Shown here piece by piece: positions 23,677-36,756 of a DNA stretch of 64,000 nucleotides. The notes under the pieces are model-generated. The model was given only the letters and a program-made list of their open reading frames with translations. It did not search any database and had not been told where the DNA came from. The number at the start of each line of letters is the position of its first letter. The first letter of the stretch is position 1. Position numbers and translations under genes: made by a program. Origin of the DNA: Eledone cirrhosa (Eukaryota); contig OZ024747.1 of the NCBI GenBank assembly GCA_964016885.1, positions 93,744,001-93,808,000 on the forward strand, in the 5' to 3' direction.

Positions 23677-26600
23677 CATGATGATGATCATCATCATCGT
23701 TTAACGTCCGTGTTCCACGCTTGCATGGGTTTGGACGGGGGTTTTCCCACTTGAGGCAAGAGTGATTGTCTTGCTCGCATAGGACTGTCTGGCAGGTTTT
23801 CTACAGTTGGATGCCCTTCCTAACACCAACTACATTTACAGTGTGGGACTGGGAGGTTTTTACCGTGTTGCCTACACGGCCACATTACAGTGTGGACTGT
23901 GTGTTTTTTTGTCGTGACACCTACACGATCTCATTTGTTTCGGCCTGGATGGTGTGGCACCAACATAACTTTACATAGAAGGGGGCGGTGTGGATGGGGT
24001 GGGGGTGGTGGGACGGGGGTGTATTTTGTTAGAGATGCCTACTGACTGTAGTAGGTTTTACTTTGTATTTAGGTAAGGCGGGTCTTCTCTATTACTGAGT
24101 ACCGCCAAAGGTCTCGGTCCAGTGACATTGTCTTGGTGAGGTGTAACTGTGTGAGGTCGGAGTTTATCAGCTCGTCCCAGGTTTTTCTGGGTCTGCCTAT
24201 TCCGTGGCTACCGTCTATCTTTATTGCCCTGCACTTTGTTATACAGCTATCGTCCTTCATGCGCATCACGTGACCATACCAACGTAGCCTTCTCTCTAGT
24301 AAACAACATCTGATCCCTCTTATTTCTAATTTTTTCCTTAGTTCGTTTATGCTTTGTCGTTCACATATATTACTATTACACATCCAGCGGAGCATGCAAG
24401 CTTCGTTTCTCTCTAGTCTGCGTATATCCTCTGCACACAATGCCCAGGTCTCACTGCCATGCAACATTGCTGTTCGTATGCAGGCATCGTACAACCTGCC
24501 TTTCATTTTTAGGGAGAACCCTTTAGCGGCTAATAGTGGTATAAGCTCTCTGAACTTTTTCCACCCAGTTCTGACTCTAGCTACTGTACTTTCAGAGCAC
24601 CCTCCCCCACTGCTGATTTTGTCACCCAGGTAACGGAAGCTGTCCACTATTTCTATAGAACCCTCTGCACAGTTGAAAGAGCTAGTATTTTGTGGGCACT
24701 TGCTGCTACTTATTGCCCCAGAACACCGGCCACATATAAAATCTATGTTCTTAGTTAGCTTACCTGTGATCCCACTACATCTTTTATGAACCCAAACTTT
24801 GCATTTGGGACACAAAATGGAATTTCTACCTACGCCTTTCCTACACTCTGCGCATGGCCACTTCCCGGAGGGGACCGCCGCCTTATTTTCTTTCTTACAA
24901 ACTAGAACTTTAGTCTTAGCCAGGTTAATTTTAAGGCCTTTTGATTCTAGCCCGTGCTTCCATGTTTGGAATTTCTTCTCTAGCTCGGCCATTGATTCAG
25001 CTATGAGCGTTAGATCATCTGCGTATAGGAGTTCCCATGGGCAGCCGGTCTTGAACTCCACTGTTATAGCCTGGAGGGCAATAATAAATAGTAGGGGGCT
25101 AAGAACAGAGCCCTGATGAACACCAACTTTTACACTAAACTCTTCACTATATTCGTTGTTAATTCTAACCTTGCTGACTGTTTCTTTATACATGGCTTGT
25201 ATAGCTCTCACAAGCCATTCATCGACACCTAGTTTTCTAAGAGCCCACCAGATAATGGAACGGGGGACTCTGTCGAAGGCCTTCTCCAAGTCGACGAAAG
25301 CTAAGTATAGGGGTTTACTTTTAGCTAGGTACTTCTCCTGTAGTTGTCGTACAATGAAAAGAGCGTCTGTGGTACTTTTTCCTGACACAAACCCGAACTG
25401 CATTTCATCTAGATCAATTCGCTCTCTGATTAGTTGCGCTATTACTTTTTCCGTGACCTTCATGACCTGGTCGATTAATTTAATGCCTCTATAGTTACTC
25501 CTATCTAGGGCATCTCCTTTACCCTTATAACAGTTAACGATAATTGTTTCTACTTTTGGCACAAGGCCAGCAATTATCCCAGTGCATTACTGGTACTTTA
25601 TTTTATCGACCCCGTAAGGATGAAAGGCAAAGTCAACCTCGGCGAGATGTGAACTCAGACCATAAAGGGCCGTAACTCTTGGCTGCAAAGCATGGTGTCC
25701 GACCCTCTACCGATACTGCCAATCCACCGCCCACAGTTAACGATAATGCTGCTACGCCAGTCCTTCGGAACAACCCCATTCTGTATGACTTGGTTGACTA
25801 TCCGGGTGACCATGGTGTGTCCCACCGTACCAGATGCCTTCAGCATCTCGGCAACTATTTCCGAAGGCCCAGCCGCCTTGCCTGTCTTCATATCTTTGAT
25901 TGCCTTACTTATTTTACTACCCTCGACTAACACTGCTGGTCCCTCTATTGGGTCGATGTGGGGGAGACTGTCTTTCTCCCATTTATTCTCCTCATTGAGT
26001 AGCCTTTCATAGTGACACTTCCAAGCTACCTTCTTATCGGCGTCGGTGATGGCAAGTACGCCGTCATCGTTAAGTACACACTTCTCCCCGACAATATCAC
26101 TGTTTTCCTTGACACATTGCCTGGCAATCCTGAACACCTCACGTTTTTGAACATGCTTGAACTTTCTTTCCTCTGCTTCCCTTCTTGCGAAGTACACTTG
26201 TCTCCTAGCTTCCCTCCTGGCCACTTGATAGTCTTCTCTGCTTCCCCCATCCCGCCATACTTTCCAAGCCTGCTTTTTGGCCTTAATTGACCCCTCCACC
26301 TTACTGTTCCACCACCATGTTACTCTCCTCCTGCCTACAGGCCTGCTCCAGCCACAGACTTCGTCTGTCGCCGTCAGCAGGTTTGCTTTCAGGAATTCCC
26401 ACTGTTCCTCTACCTTGTACGACTCTATTTGCTCTTCCTTACTGTCGAAAGCATCAAGTAATATGCTTTGGAATTTATTTTTGGCTGTGGGGTCCTTTAG
26501 CTTCCATATTTTTCTCCTGAGGGTAGTCCTCTTCTGTTGCCTAGTACGTCTCGTCCTGACTATTAGGTCGCTAATTATCAGTCTATGTTGGGAGGTGCAT

Positions 26601-28138
26601 TCTTCATGGGGGAGGGATTTAGTGTTTACAACAGTCACTTTGTCACGTCTTCTGGTAAGGATATAATCTACCTGGCTGGTATGTTCCCCTGATCTGTAGG
26701 TGATCAAGTGATTGTCTCGTTTTTTGAAGTTAGTGTTGCAGATAGTTAGGTTATTTGCGTCACAGAATTCCAGGATTCTGGAGCCTTCCTCATTTCTAGT
26801 ACCAAACCCATAGCCTCCATGGATTTCGTCGTAGCCGTCACAATGTTGTCCAACGTGACCGTTTAGGTCGCCTGCAATAATTACATAGTCACTGTCGGTT
26901 ATTTGGGAGGTAGTGAGCATCAGTGTCTCATAGAATCTGTCTTTTATAGTGCTGGGCAGTCCGGATTGGGGTGCGTACGCGGATATTACTGTCACCGTGG
27001 TTCTATTGAGGACAAGTCTTATTTTAATTATTCTGTCGTTCACTCTATTTACGTCTATTATCTTATCTGCCCACTTTTCTGCTACCATGATTCCTACCCC
27101 ACCCAGCCCATTGTCATTTCCCACCCAGAAAAGCTTATAGCATCGTTTTCTACCCACAATGAATCTAGCAGATCCACCCCTCCACCTGGTCTCTTGAATA
27201 CAACAAACATCGACCTCCTTACGTTCAAGCATTTCTACAACCTCGTTAGAGCGACCCTTTAAGGTACCTACATTCAAGGTACCAAATCTGAAGTTTTGGA
27301 TTGCGTTTGGGGGGTGGGAAAGGTGGGGAGAGGGGGGAGATGGGGTTGTGTTAGCCATCCGCGGCCGAAACAAAGAGGCATGTTCGCATTCTCGTCCACG
27401 AGGTGTGTTTGTCTTTAACTTTGGCATTGTCGCTGAGCGTCCAGATTTTTCTCTCTTCAACTCTCCGGAACTCCGTAGTCCTTCCATCCTACATACCGAA
27501 GGCGACCAGGTAAGCGATAGTATAGGCCTCTGGCTTATGATTGGTCCACGTGATAATAATGGTGGTGCGTGGGGGCGGGAGGGAGGGGTGTTGAGTTGTT
27601 AGCGAGAAGAATAGGTTTAAGTTAGATCCTAGTATTTTATGAACGTAAACAAAAATACAAGATTTGTTTAGCAAGATACGCCAAAAACTTCCGTATCTTA
27701 CAATCAGGACAAAATACAAGAGATTTGTTTTGGAAAATACAGGAGGAAATAGGTTTGGAAGGACTATGGAATAAGCGGATGTTAGAAAGCTAGAAAAATG
27801 AGTACATTACATTTTACCATGAAAGAGAATCTGCCACGAATTGGCGAAAGTGAGTTACTTTATCTTATATATGTATATGGATAGAGAGAGAGAGAGAGGG
27901 GGGGGGGGTTGACCGCATGTTGTAGAGTGTGGTGGAGAAGATATTAGGGAGCGGGAATTAAGGGTTTGAAATAATAACAAATATATTTAAAATATTGTTA
28001 AGAGTTTGAAGTATCAAATATATTTAAAATATTTGTATATGAGAAGAATAGAATAGGTTTAAGTTAGATCCTAGTATTTTACGAACGTAAACAAAAATAC
28101 AAGATTTGTTTAGCAAGATACGCCAAAAACTTCCGTAT
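23677..28138 (-). mobile_element. RTE-clade LINE copy 2, full-length-like, interrupted by a SINE
   Basis: ORFs 25655-27487 (APE) and 24069-25562 (RT+PHD) are separated by insertion 25545-25732; inserted inside a 72-bp unit. Confidence 0.95.
25545..25732 (-). mobile_element. Meta-domain-like tRNA SINE with 15-bp target site duplication
   Basis: TSD acagttaacgataat at 25530-25544 and 25733-25747; body gttgactttgcctttcatccttacggggtcgataaaataaagtacc. Confidence 0.85.
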
Positions 28139-28291
28139 ATATAGAGTAATGTAAATGTTATGTGAGATATTATGTGAGGTAAAGCCTTTACTGTGAAAAT
28201 ACAATAGTATACCTCATACCTATAATTGCACACACACACACCCACACACACACACATGTATTAAAAACAATCCTATGTATATAAATGTGAC

Positions 28292-28437
28292 CTGGATGTC
28301 ATGAGTGATAGATCTGTTGAGTTGGTTCAGTAGAGATATGGTGTGTTCCTTCAAGATTAGGAGGTTGTCATTCTTCTCCCGTACAAATGTTTCCAATCTT
28401 TCTAGAAATTTCTCATTCTGTGACATTAGGGATACAA
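28292..28437 (-). CDS. MEI1: MEI1 internal exon (V-VSLMSQNEKFLERLETFVREKNDNLLILKEHTISLLNQLNRSITHDIQ)
   Basis: Long polypyrimidine tract then ctctttag|TT; donor CAG|gtcaca; 146 nt, phase 1 to 0. Confidence 0.85.
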
Positions 28438-28499
28438 CTAAAGAGAAAAAGAAAAAAAAAATAGATTGCTCGGAATTTAAACCGTTATTTTTCAAATAA

Positions 28500-29235
28500 G
28501 ATATAACCCTAACTGTAGCCCCTATTTTACTACCAGATATAACCCAAACCTTAACACTAACCCCTTTTTTTCATACCAGAAATAACCCAAACCCTAAATC
28601 TAACTCCTGAAAACAAACTAACCCTTTTTTTCATACCAGATATAACCCAAACCCTAACACTAACCCTTGAAAACAAACTAACCCCTTTTTTTCATACCAG
28701 ATATAACCCAAACCCTAACACTAACCCCTGAAAACAAACTAACCCCTTTTTATCATACCAGATATAACCCAAACCTTAACACTAACCCCTGAAAACAAAC
28801 TAAACCCTTTTTTTCATACCAGATATAACCCAAACCCTAACACTAACCCTTGAAAACAAACTAACCCCTTTTTTTCATACCAGATATAACCCAAACCCTA
28901 ACACTAACCCCTGAAAACAAACTAACCCCTTTTTATCATACCAGATATAACCCAAACCCTAAATCTAACCCCTGAAAACAAACTAACCCCTTTTTTTCAT
29001 ACCAGATATAACCCAAACCTTAACACTAACCCCTGAAAACAAACTAACCCCTTTTTTTCATACCAGATATAACCCAACCCTTAACACTAGCTCCTGAAAA
29101 CAAACTAACCCCTATTTTTCATACAGATATAACCCAAACCCTAACACTAACCCCTGAAAACAAACTTACCCCGTTTTTTTCATACCAGATATAACCCCAA
29201 ACCCTAACACTAACCCCTGAAAACAAACTAACCTC
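28500..29235. repeat. 61-bp minisatellite rich in TAACCC/CCCTAA (~12 units)
   Basis: Unit ataccagatataacccaaaccctaacactaacccctgaaaacaaactaacccctttttttc; period 61. Confidence 0.9.
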
Positions 29236-29305
29236 TTGATCAGGCAGATATACACATGTGTATGTGTATATACATGTATGTGTATATTTGTGTGTGTGTA
29301 TGTAA

Positions 29306-29360
<55 letters not shown>

Positions 29361-29367
<7 letters not shown>

Positions 29368-30006
29368 GAGTTATAAACTCAAATAGTCTTTTACAATTAA
29401 ATAGCTCAAAGAAAGGCATATTTCTGAGCCGTGTAATACAAATGAATATATGATAGGGTTAAACACTGATACAAGTATACATGTGTTTGCATTGCAAATG
29501 ACCATTTGTATTACACGGCTCGGAAATATGCCTTTCTTTGAGCTATTTAATTGTAAAAGACTATTTGAGTTTATAACTCTATATATAATATTCTCGGCTC
29601 CACGCGTTGAGCTAATTTTTAGTCCCATAAAACTGGCTGCTATTTTTAGCGGCACGAGTATGAGACAAGCTAGACACTGCGACACATGTGCTTTCAACAA
29701 CACATTTCTCTCAGTCTTCTTAAGTATTTTGAAGTGAAACTTACCAATTTCTGGATACCTGCAGAAGAGCACAGGAAAGGAACTTTCACTTAATTGTTGC
29801 GAAACAAATTTAAAATTTAAAATTTGTCCAGGTATCACGGCTATTGCCAATATAGGTTTATTTTTATTGATTTAATATTTTAAATTGAGACAGGCAAACC
29901 ATATTATTTTAATTAGTATTTTTCAATCTAGCTAACTTGGTCATTTGCAATGCAAACACATGTATACTTGTATCAGTGTTTATCCCTATCATATATTCAT
30001 TTGTAT
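29361..30006 (+). mobile_element. Non-autonomous Penelope-like/retrozyme unit (~495 bp) with inverted head
   Basis: 29361-29503 is the reverse complement of 29939-29998 joined to 29504-29586; contains the hammerhead 29754-29836. Confidence 0.7.
29754..29836 (+). ncRNA. Type I hammerhead with variant core (CAGAAGA)
   Basis: gatacctg-CAGAAGA-gcac...gttgc-GAA-acaaattt...aaatttgt-C-caggtatc; 8-bp stems I and III; GUC triplet. Confidence 0.7.
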
Positions 30007-30189
30007 ATATATGTATATATATACAAATGGCTTAATTTAAATGTATGGGATTTAAACTCTCCGACACTAATTTGCATAATAGACCAATAATAAAATTAGT
30101 AACCCCACTATCCGGGAGCTTCCAACAGACATGGTTGCATTCTTTTAAGGGTATGTGAATATTTGTTTATAAAACTGATCTATATTATA

Positions 30190-30250
30190 TTTTATCTGAT
30201 GAAAGCGCACCATCATTTGCTTTGGTGTCCTTGAAATATGTATAATGAAA
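30190..30250 (+). ncRNA. Type I hammerhead, family B copy 3
   Basis: ttttat-CTGATGA-aagcgcacca...tggtgtcctt-GAA-ATATGTAT-A-atgaaa. Confidence 0.7.
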
Positions 30251-30622
30251 TAAATATGGTTTTATAAATATAGTTTCCATTTGTTAATATATTGTATATA
30301 TATATATATATATGTATATGTGTGTGTGTGGGTGTGGGAATGTGTGTGTGTATAAATGTTTATATGTATGTGTGTGTGTGTAGATATATGTGTGTGTTTG
30401 TGTATAAATGTATATATATAAAATTATATATGTGCATGTGTGTGTATGTGTATGTGTGTGTTTGGGTATATGTGTGTATGTTTGTATGTGTGTTTGTAGG
30501 TATGTGTATGTGTGTGCATGTATGTATGTGTGCATATGTGTATGTATTTGAGTGTGTGTGTGTGTATGTATGCATGTGTGTGTGTTTGTATGTGTGTGTT
30601 TAGTTGTTTTGTATGTGTGTAG

Positions 30623-30659
<37 letters not shown>

Positions 30660-30679
30660 CAGGGTACCACAATACATAC

Positions 30680-30814
30680 CATTGCTGTTGCTAGGTGCAC
30701 CACTGTTGCTGCTAAGGAGGTGTCTGAGCATTAATGTGAGGTGATGTATGATGTTCTCTAGCGTCTTCCGTTGGTCAGCCTCGGACATGTCCAGCCGTAG
30801 AGACAGGTTTACCA
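30680..30814 (-). CDS. MEI1: MEI1 internal exon (L-VNLSLRLDMSEADQRKTLENIIHHLTLMLRHLLSSNSGAPSNSN)
   Basis: tcgttctcag|TG...AATG|gtatgt; 135 nt, phase 1 to 1; frame continuous with both neighbouring exons. Confidence 0.8.
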
Positions 30815-30856
30815 CTGAGAACGATAGACATATATCATATATATATATATATATAG

Positions 30857-32144
30857 TTAGGCAGCGGGACAGGCAGATAGTGTCTAATACCAAGGCATAC
30901 CCTGGGGAAGAATGTACCCCACAGCATAGGTTAGTCGTTAGTGATATCTCAGTAAGCAAGAGATGGAATGAGACATATAGGAAGGTGTGGAGAAGAAAGG
31001 TCTGGAAGCTAAAAGACCTTTCACGAAAATACAAATTTAGGAAAGCCCTTCAAGATGTATATGACGAAAAAGAAGACGCTTTAGAGACGTATGACATAGA
31101 TAATAACTGGAATTTCTTACGTGACAACTTGCTGCAGGCTACTGATGAAACTTGTGGCTGGAGCAGAGCTCCAACCAGATAGAGAGTGACCTGGTGGTGG
31201 AACAGCACAGTAGATAAGGCCATTAGAGACAAAAGACTAGCATGGAAGGCTTGGAAAAAGGGTGGGAGTAGGGAAGAATATACAGCCACTAAGAGAGAAG
31301 CTAGACGTCAGGTGTACTTAGCATGCAGGGCGGCGGAGAGTAGGAGGTTTGCCAATGTTCTGCGACGGGAAGATCAGAGGCGTGCGGTGTTCCACATTGC
31401 AAGGCAGTGTGTCAATGCAAATCAGGATGTTGCTGGAGATAAATGTGTCCGGGATGATGCCGGTGTACTTAGTGTCACGAATGATCAGAAAAAGGAGGCC
31501 TGGAAATATCATTATGAGAGACTGATGAATGTGGAGAACGAATGGGAGAGAGAGAAATTACCCTTAGTAGATCCGACAGAGGGACCAGCTATTGAGATTG
31601 ACGAATATAGGATCCAAGAGGCGATTAGGGAAATGAAAAATGGTAAGGCTGCTGGACCATCGGGAATAGTTGCTGAGATGCTGAAGGCATCAGGGGACGT
31701 AGGCTCTAAACTGGTTGCACGCATCATCAATCAGGCTATATATGGTGGTGTCATACCCAAAGACTGGTGCAGCAGTATTCTCATAAATTGCTACAAAGGT
31801 AAAGGGGATGCTCTGGAGAGGAGCAATTATAGGGGTATAAAACTGATAGATCAGGTTATGAAAGTGGCAGAAAGGATATTAGCACAACTAATTAGAGAAA
31901 GGGTCAAACTAGATAAGATGCAGTTTGGTTTTGTGCCTGGGAAGAGTACAACAGATGCCCTCTTCTTGGTGAGACAATTCCAAGAGAGGTTCTTAGAGAA
32001 AAATAAGCCACTATACTTAGCCTTTGATAGGGTACCCCGATCTGTCATCTGGTGGTCCCTAAGGAAGCTTGGTGTTGAGGAATGGCTTGTGAGGACAGTA
32101 CAAACTTTGTACAGAGGTACTCTCAGTAAAGTCAGGGTAGATAC
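30857..32144 (+). mobile_element. Divergent RTE LINE internal fragment
   Basis: End of APE (PQHRLVVSD) plus RT N-terminal half (NYRGIKL, MQFGF, AFDRVPR); stop at 31180; truncated at 32144. Confidence 0.9.
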
Positions 32145-32946
32145 AAAGGAATAATAGATACAATATATCTATTATTCCTTTTTATAATATTTTACATAAC
32201 TCTGATATTGTGTCAATTTAATTATTTCGATTATCTTGTCTCTCATAATCATAGAGTAACACTGGTTAAGGTCGACAACATACAATCTCACATACTTGTG
32301 AAAAATATATGTTTATATATACATGTATATGTATGTATACACATATATTTGTATACCTCTCATTATTGTCTCTAACTCCCTCACGGTAGAGTAACCACGG
32401 AAGTATAGTGACTGCTTTCAAACACTATATACACTTCTAGTCAACCTTTCCACCCCTCTGTAGCCTATGTAACATATCAATATCTCCCTCCGCCTTCTGA
32501 GATATTTTCACTGCTACAAGGGATTAATCCCCTTTCTTGACCGGTGTATCACGTGATAGAGTCTCCCTCCGCCTTTCTGAGATTTTCTCGCATGCTACGG
32601 ACGTATGTAGTTAGGGCTCTTCCCTGAGGTGCTCCCTTGATAAGCTGGCTTACCTCACAACAATGTTACATATCTATGATATAACATTCTTGCATAGTGA
32701 CCAGCGAAACTGTACAGTCGGGACAAAAGAAAAAAATAGGTATATTGTATCTATTATTCCTTTTTATAATATTTTACATAACTCTGATATTGTGTCAATT
32801 TAATTATTTCGATTATTTTGTCTCTCATAATCATAGAGTAACACTGGTTAAGGTCAACAACATACAATCTCACATACTTGTGAAAAATATATGTTTATAT
32901 ATACATGTATATGTATGTATACACATATATTTGTATACCTCTCATT

Positions 32947-32951
<5 letters not shown>
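32145..32951 (+). mobile_element. Non-autonomous Penelope-like/retrozyme partial tandem (period 582 bp)
   Basis: Direct repeats 32166-32369 / 32748-32951; inverted tail 32145-32167; degenerate hammerhead 32633-32723. Confidence 0.7.
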
Positions 32952-32995
<44 letters not shown>

Positions 32996-33450
32996 TCAGG
33001 TTATCAATAATGTAGTGATAATATATCGTTACGTTAGAGATGAACAGCGTACGTGTAGGTTTGCTCAACGAGTATAAATTATATTCCGGAGAAAATGTAG
33101 AAAAGATGAATATAAAATGAAAGTGCTTTTTTTAAAAAGGAATTTATTAGGTATTGATATATGTTTCTGTAACAGACGGAATACCCCCTTCCCCAATTGA
33201 CACTTTATAATTAATACTACTACACCAAATGACCAGCCCTGTCCACTGTCCAATTGGTCAAGTAGAGATTAAAATTGGCACTCCCAAAAATTCTTATTTA
33301 GATAAAATGAACCATTTACTCATGGTATTCTCATTAGAAACCCTTTATATACTTGTTTAGCAGTAAATTGAATTACCATCTGTCATATACTATCCCCTCT
33401 CTTCTTCCTCTATTACTAATATAAATACTTCAATTTTTCTGATTTTATCC

Positions 33451-33590
33451 AATTTATCCAAAATCTCTGAAGAAGTGACAACTGATTATACATTTGCTAT
33501 CGAATACTTGCTAACATTATATGATTACGCAAGCAACGATACATAGGTATTCCGTCTGTTACAGAAACATATGTCAATACCTAATAAATT
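33451..33590 (+). ncRNA. Hammerhead-like motif with long stem II in the 5' pLTR (copy at 36579-36718)
   Basis: CTGAAGA-agtgaca...tgttaca-GAA-ACATATGT (palindrome)-C; proximal stem I is weak, with distal aatttat/ataaatt pairing. Confidence 0.55.
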
Positions 33591-33789
33591 CCTTTTTAAA
33601 AACAGCACTTTCATTTTATATTCATCTTTTCTACATTTTCTCCGGAATATAATTTATACTCGTTGAGCAAACCTACACGTACGCTGTTCATCTCTAACGT
33701 AACGATATATTATCACTACATTATTGATAACCTGAAATTTTATTAATCTCCTATACAGTTGAGCAACTAATTCAGCATACGCCTCTAAA

Positions 33790-36108
33790 ATGGAAAGGCA
33801 CCAATTGGATATGTCATTAAAAAACATACCTATTCAGGCAAAAAGGGAATATATTCTAGGTATGATACGAAGGACCAATGATTTTATTCGACGAATCAGA
33901 TGGAAAACATTCCATTTTGACAAAAGCCGTATAAACCAAACATCGGATCTTAACAAGGATAAATTTGGATTTAAATCTTACAAAAACCCACCCTCAAACC
34001 CACTTTTGGATGCATTTGAACAAGACCTAATGGATATGATCATGGAGATCAAATTTACAAAACGGAAGAACAATAAACTACAGAATGACATCACGGCACT
34101 GCTCAATAATCTAAAAAACGCCAATGGAATTATTGTTAGAGCAGACAAAACATCAAACGTATATACCATGGATGTGGACACTTACAATAACTTCATCCGT
34201 AAGGAATTGCATAAAAAATACAAGAAAACTAATGAAGCTACACTTAAAAACATCAACAACTCGGCATGTGAAATTGTTAAAAAACTTTGTATTGACGATA
34301 GAACGCAACCCTTAATACCAGCTATACCATCCTTCAACCTGAAGGACCACAAGGTAAACTTCGATACTAACCCTAAGATTAGACTTATATGCCCCTCTAA
34401 ATCTGATATAGGCAAAATTAGCAAATATATACTAGACAGAATTATCCCCCAAGTTAAGGTTAAAGTAGAAATTAAACTATGGGGGTAACACTCATGAAGC
34501 AATAAGATGGTTTAATAACATTACTGATAAGAAAAAAATCAAAATTTATTCAGTTTGATATTGATGAATATTATTCCTCAATTTCACCTGATACTCTACA
34601 TGAAGCTCTTTCGTTCGCTAAGGCTAATTCCGACCTTACGGATGCTGAAATTAAAATTATTATGGAAGCGAGGAAAACTATAGTTAAATTCGATGATAGC
34701 TACTGGGTTCGCAAAGATAGACCTTCTAATTTTGATATTACTATGGGTTCTAATGATTCGGCGGAAGTAACAGATCTTGTGGGAATTTATATCACCCACA
34801 GACTACAAGGAAAATTCAAGGATCTCCACGGTGGAATCTACCGTGATGATGTGCTCCTATTAGTTAAGCATATGAATAACCAGAATTTAGAAAGGATGCG
34901 TAAAAATATCAGAAAGCTTTTTAAGGAACTAGGATTAAATATTACATTTGAATATAACCTCAAAGAGGTCAATTTCCTTGATGTTACTTTGAATCTCAAT
35001 ACAGATACGATTAAACCGTTCCATAAACTAAATGAGAACCTTAAATATGTAAATACGAGTTCTAACCATCCACTCTCTATAATTAAATCCATCCCTAGAA
35101 ATGTTTCTCTTAGAATCTCCCGCCTGTCGTCCAACCAACAAACCTTCAAAGAACATGCCGAATATTATGATGATGCACTTAGGAAAGCCGGTCACCTAGA
35201 TAATATAGAGTATATAGTCGAAGATCACCAAAACACCCAAAATAAATCCCATAGGAGTAGAAATAGCACAGAATCACCACCATACATACACTACCGCAAT
35301 AGACACAATAATAGTCGCACACCACCAAACAGAAGGCGATGTAAAGAGTATATTTGGTACAACCCGGTCTATAACAACTCTATTAAAACCAATCTACCCT
35401 CACAATTCTTTCAATTAGTTAAAAAACACTTTCCAACATCACATAAATATAATAAAATCTTAAACCCTAACACTATTCGACTTTCATATTCAACCGCCCC
35501 TAATATTGAACAACATATAAAAAAGCTTAACGCAAAACGGTTGTATAAACGCCTTCCAACACATAACAATACACGTAAAACATTAGCTATAACATCACAT
35601 AACAACAAACAACATCCTGTCCTACCTAAGCAACCTCATCAACCCATCCATGACAATACAACAACGCAAAATTATAATTGCAACTGTGTCCAACCAGGAA
35701 TGTGTCCGTTGAACAATCAGTGTCTTGAACGCAACATCGTATACAAATGTACTATCGAATCGGATAGACAGAAGTGGTCCTATGTGGGATCTACAGCCAC
35801 CTCCTTCAAATCACGCCTTTATAGACATCGTTACTCGATAAAACATGAAAACCAGCGTTATGTAACAACACTCGCAGACAAGGCTTGGCAGCTGCGTGAA
35901 AATAACCAACAATTTCACCTAAAATGGGATATAATAGCACTGCCCCCCCATAATCCCACGGACAGGAGTTTTGTAAATTATGTAATGTGGAATTATTTTG
36001 TATTATGAAATCCAAAAACATTTTATTAAATAACAGAATAGAGCTATCGTTATACTGTAACCATCGCTTAAAATCTACATTTTCATATTATAAATACTAC
36101 CAGGATTG
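33790..36108 (+). pseudogene. PLE RT + GIY-YIG endonuclease ORF with three frameshifts
   Basis: ADKT, RLICPSKSDIG, QFDI, TMGS, YRDD, FLDV, CNCx5CPLx3CL, VYKC...YVGST...FKSR, CKLC...CNH; shifts near 34483, 34535 and 35945. Confidence 0.9.
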
Positions 36109-36756
36109 AACGCCTGTCTCTATCTCCGTTTGATTGTCAAAATAGATATTAACATTCTCTATTAGTCTTAATTCTATCAACTCTTCTATTATTTACCATT
36201 TAATATAAACTGCTATAGATAAAATGAGATTTCTGATTTCTTAATTCAATTCCTTAATGCATATACCAGCTGGCTACTAGCATTGATGTTATTCAGTAGC
36301 AATCGAAATCTCCCCCTTCCCCAATTGACACTTTATAATTAATACTACTACACCAAATGACCAGCTCTGTCCACTGTCCAATTGGTCAAGTAGAGATTAA
36401 AATTGGCACTCCCAAAAATTCTTATTTAGATAAAATGAACCATTTACTCATGGTATTCTCATTAGAAACCCTTTATATACTTGTTTAGCAGTAAATTGAA
36501 TTACCATCTGTCATATACTATCCCCTCTCTTCTTCCTCTATTACTAATATAAATACTTCAATTTTTCTGATTTTATCCAATTTATCCAAAATCTCTGAAG
36601 AAGTGACAACTGATTATACATTTGCTATCGAATACTTGCTAACATTATATGATTACGCAAGCAGCGATACATAGGTATTCCGTCTGTTACAGAAACATAT
36701 GTCAATACCTAATAAATTCCTTTTTAAAAAAAGCACTTTCATTTTATATTCATCTT

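Noticed and set aside
23027-23697. ORFs with 24-aa repeats, also 44243-44542 and 49957-50314
   Set aside because: A by-product of the 72-bp repeat length being divisible by three.
28500-29235. Interstitial telomere
   Set aside because: No pure (TTAGGG)n run; the motifs are embedded in a 61-bp unit.
33790-36108. Selenoprotein-type Naiad (in-frame TGA with SECIS)
   Set aside because: The interruptions I can see are frameshifts, not in-frame TGA at conserved Cys positions.
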